In this document: in pieces, positions 12,994 through 23,435 of the stretch
How positions within the stretch are numbered: position 1 is the first letter of the stretch
Layout: every line of letters begins with the position of its first letter
Program-made: the position numbers and the translations under genes
Source of the DNA: Sphyrna mokarran
Taxonomy: Eukaryota
Length of the DNA: 64,000 nucleotides
Assembly (NCBI GenBank): GCA_024679065.1
Contig: JAGIQG010000002.1
Coordinates: 78,926,001-78,990,000, forward strand
Direction of reading: 5' to 3'
The notes under the pieces: model-generated
The model's database searches: none
What the model saw: the letters and a program-made list of their open reading frames with translations, nothing else
What the model was told of the DNA's origin: nothing

Positions 12994-14884
12994 ATAGAAC
13001 ATAGAACATTACAGCACAGAACAGGCCCTTCGGCCTTCGATGTTGCGCTGACCAATATAAAAAGCAATGCCCCTCCAAACTAAACCATTCCCTTCTCTTC
13101 CATATACTTATCAACTAACCTCTTAAACGCCACCAAACTTGGCGCATCTACAACTGCTGCAGGCAGGGCATTCCACTCCCGAACCACCCTTTGGGTAAAG
13201 AACCTGCCTCTGATATCCGTCCTATAACTATCACCCCTTAATTTAAAGCTGTGTCCCCTCGTGCTAGCTTTCTCCATCCTAGGAAAAAGGCTATCACTGT
13301 CCACCCTATCTAAACCTCTAATCATCTTATATGTTTCGATAAGGTCCCCTCTTAGCCGCCTCCTTTCTAACGAAAACAACCTCAAATCCCTCAGCCTCTC
13401 TTCATAAGACCTGCCCTCCATACCAGGCAACATCCTGGTAAACCTCCTCTGTACCCTCTCCAATGCCTCCACATCTTTCTTATAATGTGGGGACCAGAAC
13501 TGCACACAATACTCCAAGTGCGGCCGCACTAGAGTTTTGTACAGTTGCAACATGACGTTGTGGCTCCGAAATTCATTCCCTCTACCAATAAAAACCAAGA
13601 TTCCATATGCCTTCCTAACAACCTTCTCGACCTGACTGCCTACTTTCAGGGATCTATGCACATACACACCAAGATCCCTCTGTTCATCTAGACTACTAAG
13701 AATCCTACCATTTGCCCTATACTCTACACATTTATTATTTCTGCCATAGTGCATTACCTCACACTTTTCCACATTAAACTCCATTTGCCACCTCTCGGCC
13801 CAGCTCTGCAACTTGTCCAAGTCTCTCTGCAAACTATAACACCCCTCTTCACTATCTACCACTCCACCGACTTTAGTGTCATCTGCAAATTTACTAATCC
13901 ATCCTTCAATACCCTCATCCAGATCATTTATAAAAATTACAAACAGCAGGGGCCCCAAAACAGACCCCTGAGGTACACCACTTGTCACCGAACTCCAAGA
14001 TGAATATCTCCCATCAACCACCACCCTCTGTCTTCTATCTGCTAGCCAATTCCTAACCCAATTAGCTAAATCACCCTCTATCCCATACATCTGCATTTTC
14101 TGCAGAAGTCTTCCATGGGCCACCTTATCAAACGCCTTACTAAAGTCCATATATACCACATCAACCGCCTTACCCCCATCCACCTCCTTAGTCACTTTTT
14201 CAAAAAACTCAATGAGGTTAGTAAGGTACGACCTACCCTTCACAAAACCATGCTGACTATCTCCAATCAATTCATTACTCTAAATAACTATAAATCCTAT
14301 CCCTAATTATTCTCTCCAACACTTTGCCCACCACAGAAGTAAGACTCACTGGCCTATAATTCCCTGGAAGGTCTCTCTTCCCCTTCTTGAACAACGGGAC
14401 CACATTCGCTATCCTCCAGTCCTCCGGAACCACACCCGTAACCAACGACGACCTGAAGATCAGAGCCAGAGGCTCTGCAATCTCCTCTCTTGCCTCCCAG
14501 AGAATCCTAGGGTAAATCCCGTCCGGCCCAGGGGACTTATCCAACTTCAAACCCTCGAGAATATCTAGCACATCCTCCCTATCTACTTCGATACTTTCCA
14601 GTTTGCTACCCTGTACCTCAGTGTTCTCCATAACTACATTTACATCACCCTGCGTGAATACCGAAGAGAAATATTTATTCAGTACCTCTCCAATCTCCTC
14701 AGGCTCCACGCACAACTTCCCACTGCTGTCTATGACTGGCCCTAATCTTGCCCTAACCAATCTTCTATTCTTAACATATCTAAAGAAAGCTTTAGGATTC
14801 TCCTAATCCTATCAGCCAAAGTCTTCTCGTGTCCTCTCTTCGCTCTCCTCAATTCACTCTTTAGCTCCCTCCTGGCTAATCTAT
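12994..14884 (-). mobile_element. Young 5'-truncated CR1 (HER1-like) LINE
   Basis: Near-intact ORF2 RT (NYRPVSLTS, QHGF, DFSKAFDKV, GVPQGSVLGP, FADD), 3'UTR and (GTTCTAT)n tail. Confidence 0.97.
13080..14884 (-). pseudogene. CR1 ORF2 reverse transcriptase, truncated, two frameshifts
   Basis: ORFs 13080-14270, 14275-14760 and 14742-15107 join through frameshifts near 14275 and 14805; the endonuclease domain is absent. Confidence 0.92.
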
Positions 14885-15050
14885 GCTGGTGTTGGACTGG
14901 GGTAAACTCAGTAAGAGGTCTGACAACACCAATTTTAAATCCAACCAATTTATTTGATAGTAAACTTGCTAGCTTTTGGCCTTCGTAGCCTTCGTCAGGC
15001 GAATGAGGTGTTCTGGTCTGCAATAGCACAGATATCAGCACAGACAGTTT
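14885..15050 (-). mobile_element. Penelope-like terminal fragment (family A), split by the CR1; remainder at 12981-12995
   Basis: tcatgatgtagagat joined to gctggtgttggactggggtaaac rebuilds the terminus seen intact (reverse complement) at 29590-29631. Confidence 0.8.
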
Positions 15051-15166
15051 TGGGATCTGATGGGTGGCCTCTGCTACTCCAAAAGAAAATGGCAAGGACA
15101 TTTCCATCCTTTGTTTCTCTCCTCACGGATGGTGTCAGATGAGTTTGTGAGCATTTTCTGTTTTTA

Positions 15167-15860
15167 CTAACTGGGAGGAAGCCACCTTCAAGAGGTGAGA
15201 ATCAATCTGCCCAACCTAAACTGGAATCTAAGACGTATTTATTTAAAAGAAAAGGCTGCCTTGAAAGAGAAGATAATTTGAGCATAGATACGTATATTCC
15301 CACGAGGAGAAAACATAGGGCCTACAAAGTCAGAGCTTCCTGCACAACAAAAGAGGTAGGGTTTAGATAAATCAGAAAAAGAATGTATGTGGCAGGTGGC
15401 AGGTGGATAAAACAACGGATAGCCAGGCTGAAGAGAAAAAAGTTCAGGGAAATATAAAAATAAAATGAAGAAGCAAAGAGAGAGTATGAGAAGAGACTGA
15501 CAGCTAATATTAAAGGCAATCCAAAAGTCTTTAAAGACATATAAATATAAAACAATGTTAAAAGGAAGTGTTGAACTGATTAAGGACCAGAAAGGAGATT
15601 ATACATAGAGGATTAAGGCATAGCTGAAATATTAAATGAGCTATTAAATCTGTCTTTAGTAAGGAAATGATCCTACCCTAATCACAGTAAAAGAGGTAGT
15701 AGAACTACTGGGTGGGCTAAAAATTGATAATGGTAATGGTATTGGGTGGATTGGCTGTACTTCAAGCTGGTAATCATTAGGGCTACATGAGGTACATCCA
15801 AGAACACTAAGCAAAGTAAGGGTAGAAAATGCATAAGCATTCACCATAATTTTAAAGCCT
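15167..15860 (+). mobile_element. Old CR1 ORF2 fragment (EN-RT linker)
   Basis: REYEKRLTANIKGNPKVF..YINIK and gatgaggtacatccaaga (DxxHPR-like). Confidence 0.8.
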
Positions 15861-16539
15861 ATGTTTGTCTATGAGTGCAGGAAATTTGAAATAGAAGATC
15901 ATTCACGGTCTTGTTGAATGTTGCAGCAGACTGGAGTGAAAACATCTCAAAGTGCAAAGTTGCGTGTTAAACACGTAATTGGTGTAAACACGTAACATGA
16001 TTGTCCCCTCCTGCCATCAGTGGTGGGGCACTATTATCAGGCCTGTGTACTGGAATCATCCCTCCAGTCAGAAAATCTATCTATGGTGGCTTAACAGTAG
16101 AACACTGTGAATCACAACTGGTCTCTGAAGGCATGTACCTGGTGAGCAGGCCTCTCAGAGGAGTGTAGCACTCAGAGTGCAGAAGGTTGTGCCTTGTTAA
16201 TGCCTTGGCACCATCCAGCCTCACTGGCACCGTTCTGGCAATGCTACCTCTCCCCTGGAGCCAGAGATCGTTCCAAAATTAATTAGTTTGCTTCCTGTGA
16301 GCTGAGACTGCCTTTAAATCTGACCCTCCAATTGGCATATTTTCAAGTTGCTGGCAGGATGGACAAATCAGAGGTCTTCTTGCCAGAGATCATGGGACCC
16401 AATCTTTGAAGTTCCCCCACTCCCCCTTTTCCTCAAGTTGTTGCTCAGTACCGCAGAGAAAGCTGGCACTGCTGTTGGCAGCATCAACACTGCTTTTCCC
16501 GCCTGCCATCAATCTTTACTGATTTCTGGGAATATCTCA

Positions 16540-16803
16540 CTATGCTACTGGACTAGCCTGGGGATTAATAACCTGGTAGCATGAGTTCAAGTCCCATTAA
16601 GACAGCTGGGGAAATTTGAGTTCAATTAATTAAATAAATCTTAATTTTTGAAAATGAATACCAATATAAGTAATAATGTCAATGTAATGAATAAATTATC
16701 ATTTAAAAAAAATCTACTTTCTATTAACATTGCACAAAATAAATCTATTGTCCTTCCCATCCCCAGTCTGGTCTTTTTGGGATTCCTGACCCCACAGCAT
16801 GTA
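16540..16803 (+). mobile_element. SINE family 2, decayed
   Basis: actggactag, gagttcaagtccca, gaaatttgagttcaatt, cagtctggtc. Confidence 0.55.
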
Positions 16804-16804
16804 G

Positions 16805-17090
16805 AATAGAATCATAAATTGGTTATGGCACAGAAGGAAGATCATTTAACAGGTGAAGAAGTTTTTCTGTTTATTGCCATTGCTTCTTCTGCCAATTACC
16901 TGAAATCTATGCCCTCTGGTTCTTGACCCTTCCATCAATGGGTTGTGCCTCTTTACTCTGTCCAGTATCCTCACAATTTTGAATACCTCAATTCAATCTC
17001 CTCCCTGAGTTAGTGCCTGGGTGCAATTGTTGTCAGTGTAAGCTCAATGAGCAGGATGGCCTCCTTTGCACTGTAGAGATTCTATATCTA
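16805..17090. mobile_element. CR1 3' end (minus) abutting an HE1 SINE 3' part (plus)
   Basis: agaatagaatcata tail, ctatgccctctggttcttgac, then ggcctcctttgcactgtagagattctat. Confidence 0.6.
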
Positions 17091-17886
17091 TGGAGACTGA
17101 GTGGGTGAGAAATCTTACATTTCTGATTTTTAAGAATGTTACATATCTTGGTCATATTTTGCCTTAAACAATAATTCCAAAGTCTGTGTCAAGACATTTC
17201 TTCAATTCATAGATTTAGGAAAACAAGTATATCTGCTGCTCCCATTAGGAGTGGCACTTGTGTGAAGTACATCTTGATAAGCGCAGGAGACAGGAATGTG
17301 GCTCTTTGATAATTCTTTTTAAAATTCATGCATTAAAAACAGTTTATTTGGATGTTCACTCAGAAGTAATAGCAACAAACACAAAAACTTCTTCACCTAC
17401 AAATAAAATGGGCCCCTTTGATAGGGGACTGGTAGAATTATTAAAGAAACACAGACAGAAGCTTACTTTCTCCTGAGTGGAAGAATTAAGATGGATTAAA
17501 TGTCTTCTCCCAACTCATAACGAAGTTGCCTTTCAAACCCATTCTCAAATGAATGAGAAAGCAATGCTTCATGTGAAGTTGAGCAAGTCTCATTGGTTGA
17601 TTAAATTACATGTATCTTTTCAGAACATTTCAGTTCCCACATTGTGCAATGTCTGGACGGAAACAGATTGGAGCTAAACCAGGACATTAATGTATATAAA
17701 AATCATCCTGAGTTATGAAAGCAAATTCAGAGCAGACTTCCTCTCGAAGCCAGTTGAGCTTCTTCAATATTGATTTAGTGCCACGCTACTGTGTTAGTTC
17801 CCAACGTGCAGTCTGTTAACCCCAAAGCAAATCTTGTGGATTTGCAGTGGCTGGCTGCCAACTAGAGGCAATTTCATCTGAAGGCT

Positions 17887-18020
17887 AAAAGCAAAATACT
17901 GCAGATGCTGCAATCTGAAACCAAAACTGAAAATGCTGGAAAATTTCAGCAGGTCTAACGGCATCTGTGGAGAGAGAAAGAGCCAGCTAGTTTTGAGTCT
18001 AAATGATTCCTTGTCAGAGC
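17887..18020 (-). mobile_element. Penelope-like terminal fragment (family B)
   Basis: aaaagcaaaatactgcagatgctg..aaaatgctgg..cagcagg..gcatctgtggagagag; same family as 19335-19572. Confidence 0.7.
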
Positions 18021-19334
18021 GTGTGGCAGTGGTTCTTCTTAGGCTGATGTACATTCAGTTTAGGGGCTGCTAGGTTTGAAGTTCATAATGTAAAGGTTTC
18101 AAAAGATGGTAACAACTGGATTGCTGTTGCTATGGGAAACTTGTGCATCAGGAGAGTTAAGCCCAACATGAAAACAATAAAAATGAATATAGTCAGACAA
18201 AAAAATTTCACCAGTGATCCAGAATGGAACCCTACGTAATGATCTGTTGAAATTACAAGAGGAGGATCCTTATTGTGAACCTGACAATGTACTTTCCTAT
18301 TCAAGCTAAGCATTACGAAGCAATCAATCACAAGGCTGGAACACGGAAATAAAATAGACTTTGCAGATCAGAATCAAATGGGGCTAATAATCAATAAACT
18401 AGCAATAGCTGACCTAATAGGCTGAATTTTGCTTCCAAGCTTGGAATCCTAGCATTGGCACAACCTCTAGCCCCATTGCCATTCAATACTGCTGCACGAT
18501 GCCCAAATGCATTTGGAAAGAGACAACCAATTAGTAGCCTTCTGGTGTGTTTGCCATCCTATTATGGGTGCTGGCTGGATCGAGGAAGTTGGATGGCAAC
18601 ATGCTGGGCATGTTACAAAGTGCACCTGTCAGCTGTGATTGTGGATGCTGGTGTCCTGGGAGACAGCAAAGTTCAGATGGCAATGGAGCAGTAGTTCGTA
18701 ACATTGGAATCATCAACATTACATGTGAGTGAGCAGCAGGAAAGCAGTGAAAGAGTGAATAATAATCTGAATTCCTTCACTCTTGGCTCAGCAGGAATAA
18801 CGGGCGCGTAACTCAAGAGGTGGTTTCATAGTGGTGTTGCACTTCCCAATACAGTGATGACTATGGAGGAGGACAAACACCTCAAGAGAAAGGGCGCAGA
18901 AAGGGTGGCATTTCTTACCACACTGACAGCCATGAAGGAGGAGGTACAATTTGAGGGAAAGGGATCAGTGCGATGGTGGGGTGACACTTCACACTGCAGT
19001 GATAGTCATGGAGGAGGAAGGTCTGAATGGTGTTCAGCATGAAGCCAACCAGGAGGAGATGAGTGTCCAGCTGAGAGAGGGTGAGAGAATGTTACTATTT
19101 CCACATGAAGAAGCATTGCGCTTGTTTGTCTAGTGCAGGGTAGTCCATAAGCTGTTATGAGATGTTGCTGACCCAAAACAGTTTTCTCACCAAATTGCTC
19201 GTACTGCAAAGATGAATGGAAATGCAAGATGCCCCCAGTTGCTGCTTTCCTCAGATGCTTGCGTACACCATGAAAGGGCTCTGGCAGGCAGGGATGCCAT
19301 CTAGCATGGGTGCCAGATGGGTTCAGTCTATCTA

Positions 19335-19572
19335 TAAAAGCAAATTATTGTGGATGCTGGAATCTGAAACCAAAAGAGAAAATACTGCAAAATCTCAGCA
19401 GGCCTTGCAGCAGCTATAAGGAGACAGCTTTTCTCTCTGATAGGATTCCTGTATCTCTGTGCATTTTAGCTTTGACAAAGGGTCATCTGGACTCCAAATG
19501 TCAGTTCTTTTCTCTCCTTACAGATGATGCCAAACCTGCTGAGATTTTCCAGAGTTTTTTCTTTTGGTTTCA
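19335..19572. mobile_element. Penelope family B fragment with inverted arms
   Basis: 19365-19424 is approximately the reverse complement of 19513-19572. Confidence 0.75.
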
Positions 19573-19886
19573 CTCCACCTCACACTTAAGGAGTGTCATG
19601 AAGTTAAAGCACACAGCCCTCTCGACTTGAGTGGCCTCATCAATTTGAAACTCAATGTACTCTGAAGCTCTCTCATACACAAGACCCAGTGCCTGCCTGA
19701 TGCAGTGACGGGTAGTCACTTGCGAAATGCCACTCAATCTGCTGCCACTCTCTCAGATGACCCAGAGATATAGACTTGAGCAGTCACTGTCACTTTAAGG
19801 GTTACTGGCAGAATGAGCCCATACAACTTGTAAGGCCTGAGATCCTCTGCCATGATGGTATACAAATCAGCAATATTAGGCAAAAT

Positions 19887-20256
19887 GATGGCCAAGTGGT
19901 ATTGTCGCTGGACTAATGAGCCAGAAACTCGCGTTCCAGGGATTCAGGTTTGAATAATGCGAAAGCAGATGGTGGAATTTGAACTAAATAAAAGATATCT
20001 GGACTTTAGAATCTACTAATGATCATGAAACCATTGTCGATTGTCATGAAAACCCATCTCGTTTATTAGTGTCCTTCAGGGAAGGAAAACTGTTGTTCTT
20101 ACCTAGTCTGGCCTATTTGTGACTCCAGAGCCACAGCAATGTATCGACTCTTAAATGCCTTTTGACGTGGTCTAGTAAGCCACTCGGTTCAAGGGCAACT
20201 TGGTGGGCAATAAATGCTGGCCAGCCAGCAATGCACATCTCCCATGGACAAATAAA
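19887..20256 (+). mobile_element. Full-length SINE family 2 with 9-bp TSD
   Basis: AGGCAAAAT at 19878-19886 and 20257-20265; interrupts the Harbinger transposase relic. Confidence 0.88.
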
Positions 20257-22412
20257 AGGCAAAATCTGAAGTGGCAACGCTGCTCTAACATGCCCAGGAA
20301 GCTGAGTCTTTGGCCCCATGGTGAGTGTAGAATCTTTGTGCTCTCTCTGTGCCCTCAGACAACATCTTTTCTTCGCTCTACACCAAGTGACTGGATTTGT
20401 GGCTGGCATAGCTGCTCCTCAAAGCCAGCTCAGAGTAGCTCAACCCCACTTCCAGAGGTGGCCCCATTTCCCACCAGCCGCACAGGAACAGCTGTCTGGA
20501 TCTGCCCCATTGATCAACGTGGGTGCACATCCCCTGAAACTGCCCCACTGCCTCCACCTGAAACACTTTGCGGATTCTGTTTCTGCAATGGCCACCGTGT
20601 CAAGGCAGAAGCTCCTCTCCGTGTATTATACAGTGTTAGCAATGTCTCTTCAATCTCTGAATGACTCCCCACTCTGCAGCCACCTCTTTTTTTAGGACCT
20701 GCTGTTCACCAATGTGTTTCCCATGCATCACATTGAAAATCTCTCACAGCCCTGTGACAAATTCTCAAGCGGCTGGTTAATTGTTTGAACTGATAGTCTG
20801 CCACTTCTGGGTAGATGCCATGACCACCTCCCCACCTTCAACCCCAAAGAGAATCTGTCCACCAAAATTGATGGGAGGTGGGAAACTATTGGGAGCCGGT
20901 TTGTCACTTGGCACTGCAATTTTCCCAACATGCCCACTTCCAAACTTGGCTTTGCCTTGTGATGAAATTTCAGCCCAAAACTCCAAAGAAACTGGAACAG
21001 TTAGTTTGGGAACTCGAAACACAACAGCCCCAAGCTTCTTCTAATATGTGAAAACAAGTAGTTGCATGGAAAGTGCAATGCAATGTAACTAATGCAAAAG
21101 GATAATCCTGGGGCAATGTTATGGAATAGTTTATACTCTAAATTATGATCCAGCAATAGCTGATGGAGAGTCAAGTATTTCATGCTGTTTCTTTCTCTCT
21201 CTGCGCAGTTTAGTTTTTCATACTGTGTAGTGTATTTCTGCACTATGTTCTTTTGTGCTTTGCCATTTTGCTCTCTCTCCCCTACCAATGCAACACACTC
21301 TCTCTATTATTCTCACATCATTTTGTCTTTCCCAAATATTTTTTACTCTTGCTCGCTATTTTTGTTGTTTCTTTTTATCTCTGCTGTTTCATTCTCTCAC
21401 AGGGTTGTCTGGTTAAAAGCTAGCCTGCCTTTAGGGCCTCAGACAGCTTGCTTGCAGTGGCAAGTTTTTGAGCCCCATTATCAAATCAAATGCTGCTCCA
21501 AGTGAAAGATAACATTGATGGTCCGATCCCATGCCAGGTGTGATGGGAATGCCAGGATCTACTCTGCCTCTTGTTCCTCAGATGAGTACCTAAGGGCCTT
21601 ACTGGGAGTGGTAAATGTCCGACTGTTATGTATTTAACTGGTTGCATGATTGCCTTAGGAATGATCACATGATTTGAAGGTGATGTCACTGGGGTGTTTC
21701 ACAGGCTCCTGTTTAGTTTCAGTTAGCACTCTGTACAGGCAACAGCTCCGACAAAAAATCTCTAATTTTGAATCTACGTGCACAAACCATGTCTTTGTCT
21801 AAGCACTGCCTGTAAACTCTGCCTGCTGAGTAATAGTGCCTTCTCTGGACCCTTCTGCCTTGTACTTCCTCCTGTCCTGCACCCCATCCAGCTGCAGCTC
21901 TTGGCCATAGGTCTGGTCGGTTGTGTTTTTGGCCTTCTGCTGACGTTTCCTGTCTCGTTATGTTCGTTGACCAGCATTGGGGATGGCAGGTGGAAAGGTA
22001 GTGGCAGGAAAATCACACCCAACATCACATAATCTGAAATGTAAAAAGAAAATCCTGCTGGAAAGTTTGAATTTGGAAGTCTATTGATATCTGTTACTCA
22101 AGACAATCTAGCTACATTTGTTAAAAATGCCTGTTCCGTGATAAGCAGAGTATAACGCACACAACTCCACAATTCAGTTTCTTTTACTGATCAACGTGAG
22201 TTGTGTCTGGACTGTACGTATTATGCTTGGCAATGAGATGAGCTGACAGAGAAGGCGTTTCACAATGATTCATTAACCTTATGCTTTCAATGAGACAATA
22301 AGCTTTCATGACATTGCCTGTCATTTCAAATGAGCAATATTGAATGTGTTATGTTAAGTATGAAAGGAAACATACATTTCTTGCAAAGTTATATAAACAG
22401 TTATAACAGTAT

Positions 22413-22570
22413 CGCACACTTTTAGACTGTGGGAAGAAACCAGACCGCTGGGAAGAAACTTACGCAGACATGGGGAGAATGTGCAAACTCCATCTAGTCA
22501 GTCAGTCACCTGAGGCCAGAATTGAACCCTAGTCCCTGGCTCTGCAAGGCAGCATTACTAATCACTATAT
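22413..22570 (-). mobile_element. V-SINE 5' half
   Basis: gcagacatggggagaatgtgcaaactcca and aattgaaccc. Confidence 0.85.
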
Positions 22571-23103
22571 TGTACAACAAAAAAAACAGTTTTAATGTGC
22601 TGTGAAACCCAGTACTCAGGGTTTAAAAAAAAAGTACAGTTAACCCCAACTATCTATGGACTGACACAAAATTATAACACTACAAAATAAAGGCAGCTCT
22701 TTTCTGTTTAAAATCTCTCAGTATAATCTGGCAAGTGTCAACTATGGCAAGTACATTTAATGCCTGCACGCTAAATATCAAGCAGGGACAAATGGGAATC
22801 CTCTTCAATTTGTCTTTATTATGAGTTTATGGGTTTCCTCCGGGTGCTTCACTGTTTCCTGCCACTGTCCAAATCTTCAGCAAAAACGATAGTGAATTCT
22901 GGGGTTACAGAGCTCTTTAACTCTCATGTTTCCGTAATAACAGAAACTTGGCAGCTCGGCATGGAAGGAAAACACAGGCAGGTTGGGATCTTCCTGAGAA
23001 TTACTGTCACATGTCAAACAAATTGGCTTCACCAAGGAAATGTAACATCCCCACTCTCTGCTGGCACTGCTGACAGGTTCTACTGTTCTAAATTGCATCA
23101 TTT

Positions 23104-23435
23104 GGGCAGCACGGTAGCATAGTGGTTAGCACTGCAGCCTTGCAGCGCTTAGGACTCAGGTTCAATTCTGGCCTCAGGTAACTGACTGTCTGGCAGTTTG
23201 CACGTTCTCCCCATGTCTGCATGGGTTTCCTCCGGGTGCTTCACTGTTTCCTCCCACTGTCCAAATATGTTCCGGTTGGATTGAATGGTCATGGTCAATT
23301 GTCACTTTATGTCTGATTCGATATGTGTTGTTCCGGGGATAGGTCCTAGGATTGCTGTCGGTACAGCTTGATGGGCTCAATGGCCTCTTTCTGCACAGTA
23401 GCAATTCTATGATTCTATTCCATTCTATGATTCTA
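23104..23435 (+). mobile_element. HE1-type V-SINE, full length
   Basis: gggcagcacggtagcatagtggttagcact head and (ATTCTATG)n tail. Confidence 0.93.

Larger units (their letters stand above)
18419..20976 (-). mobile_element. Decayed PIF/Harbinger DNA transposon with nested insertions
   Basis: Termini aggctgaatttt and gaaatttcagccc. Minus-strand HARBI1-like peptides QRLSFLGMLEQRCHFRFCL (~20256-20315) and LPVTLKVTVTAQVYISGS..SGISQVTTRHCIRQ..YERASEYIEF (~19650-19870). Confidence 0.75.

Noticed and set aside
20113-20695. Cluster of 98-154 aa ORFs
   Set aside because: They span a SINE and the Harbinger relic; chance open frames
23104-23175. tRNA gene-like A/B boxes here and at other SINE heads
   Set aside because: They continue into SINE bodies and give no complete cloverleaf
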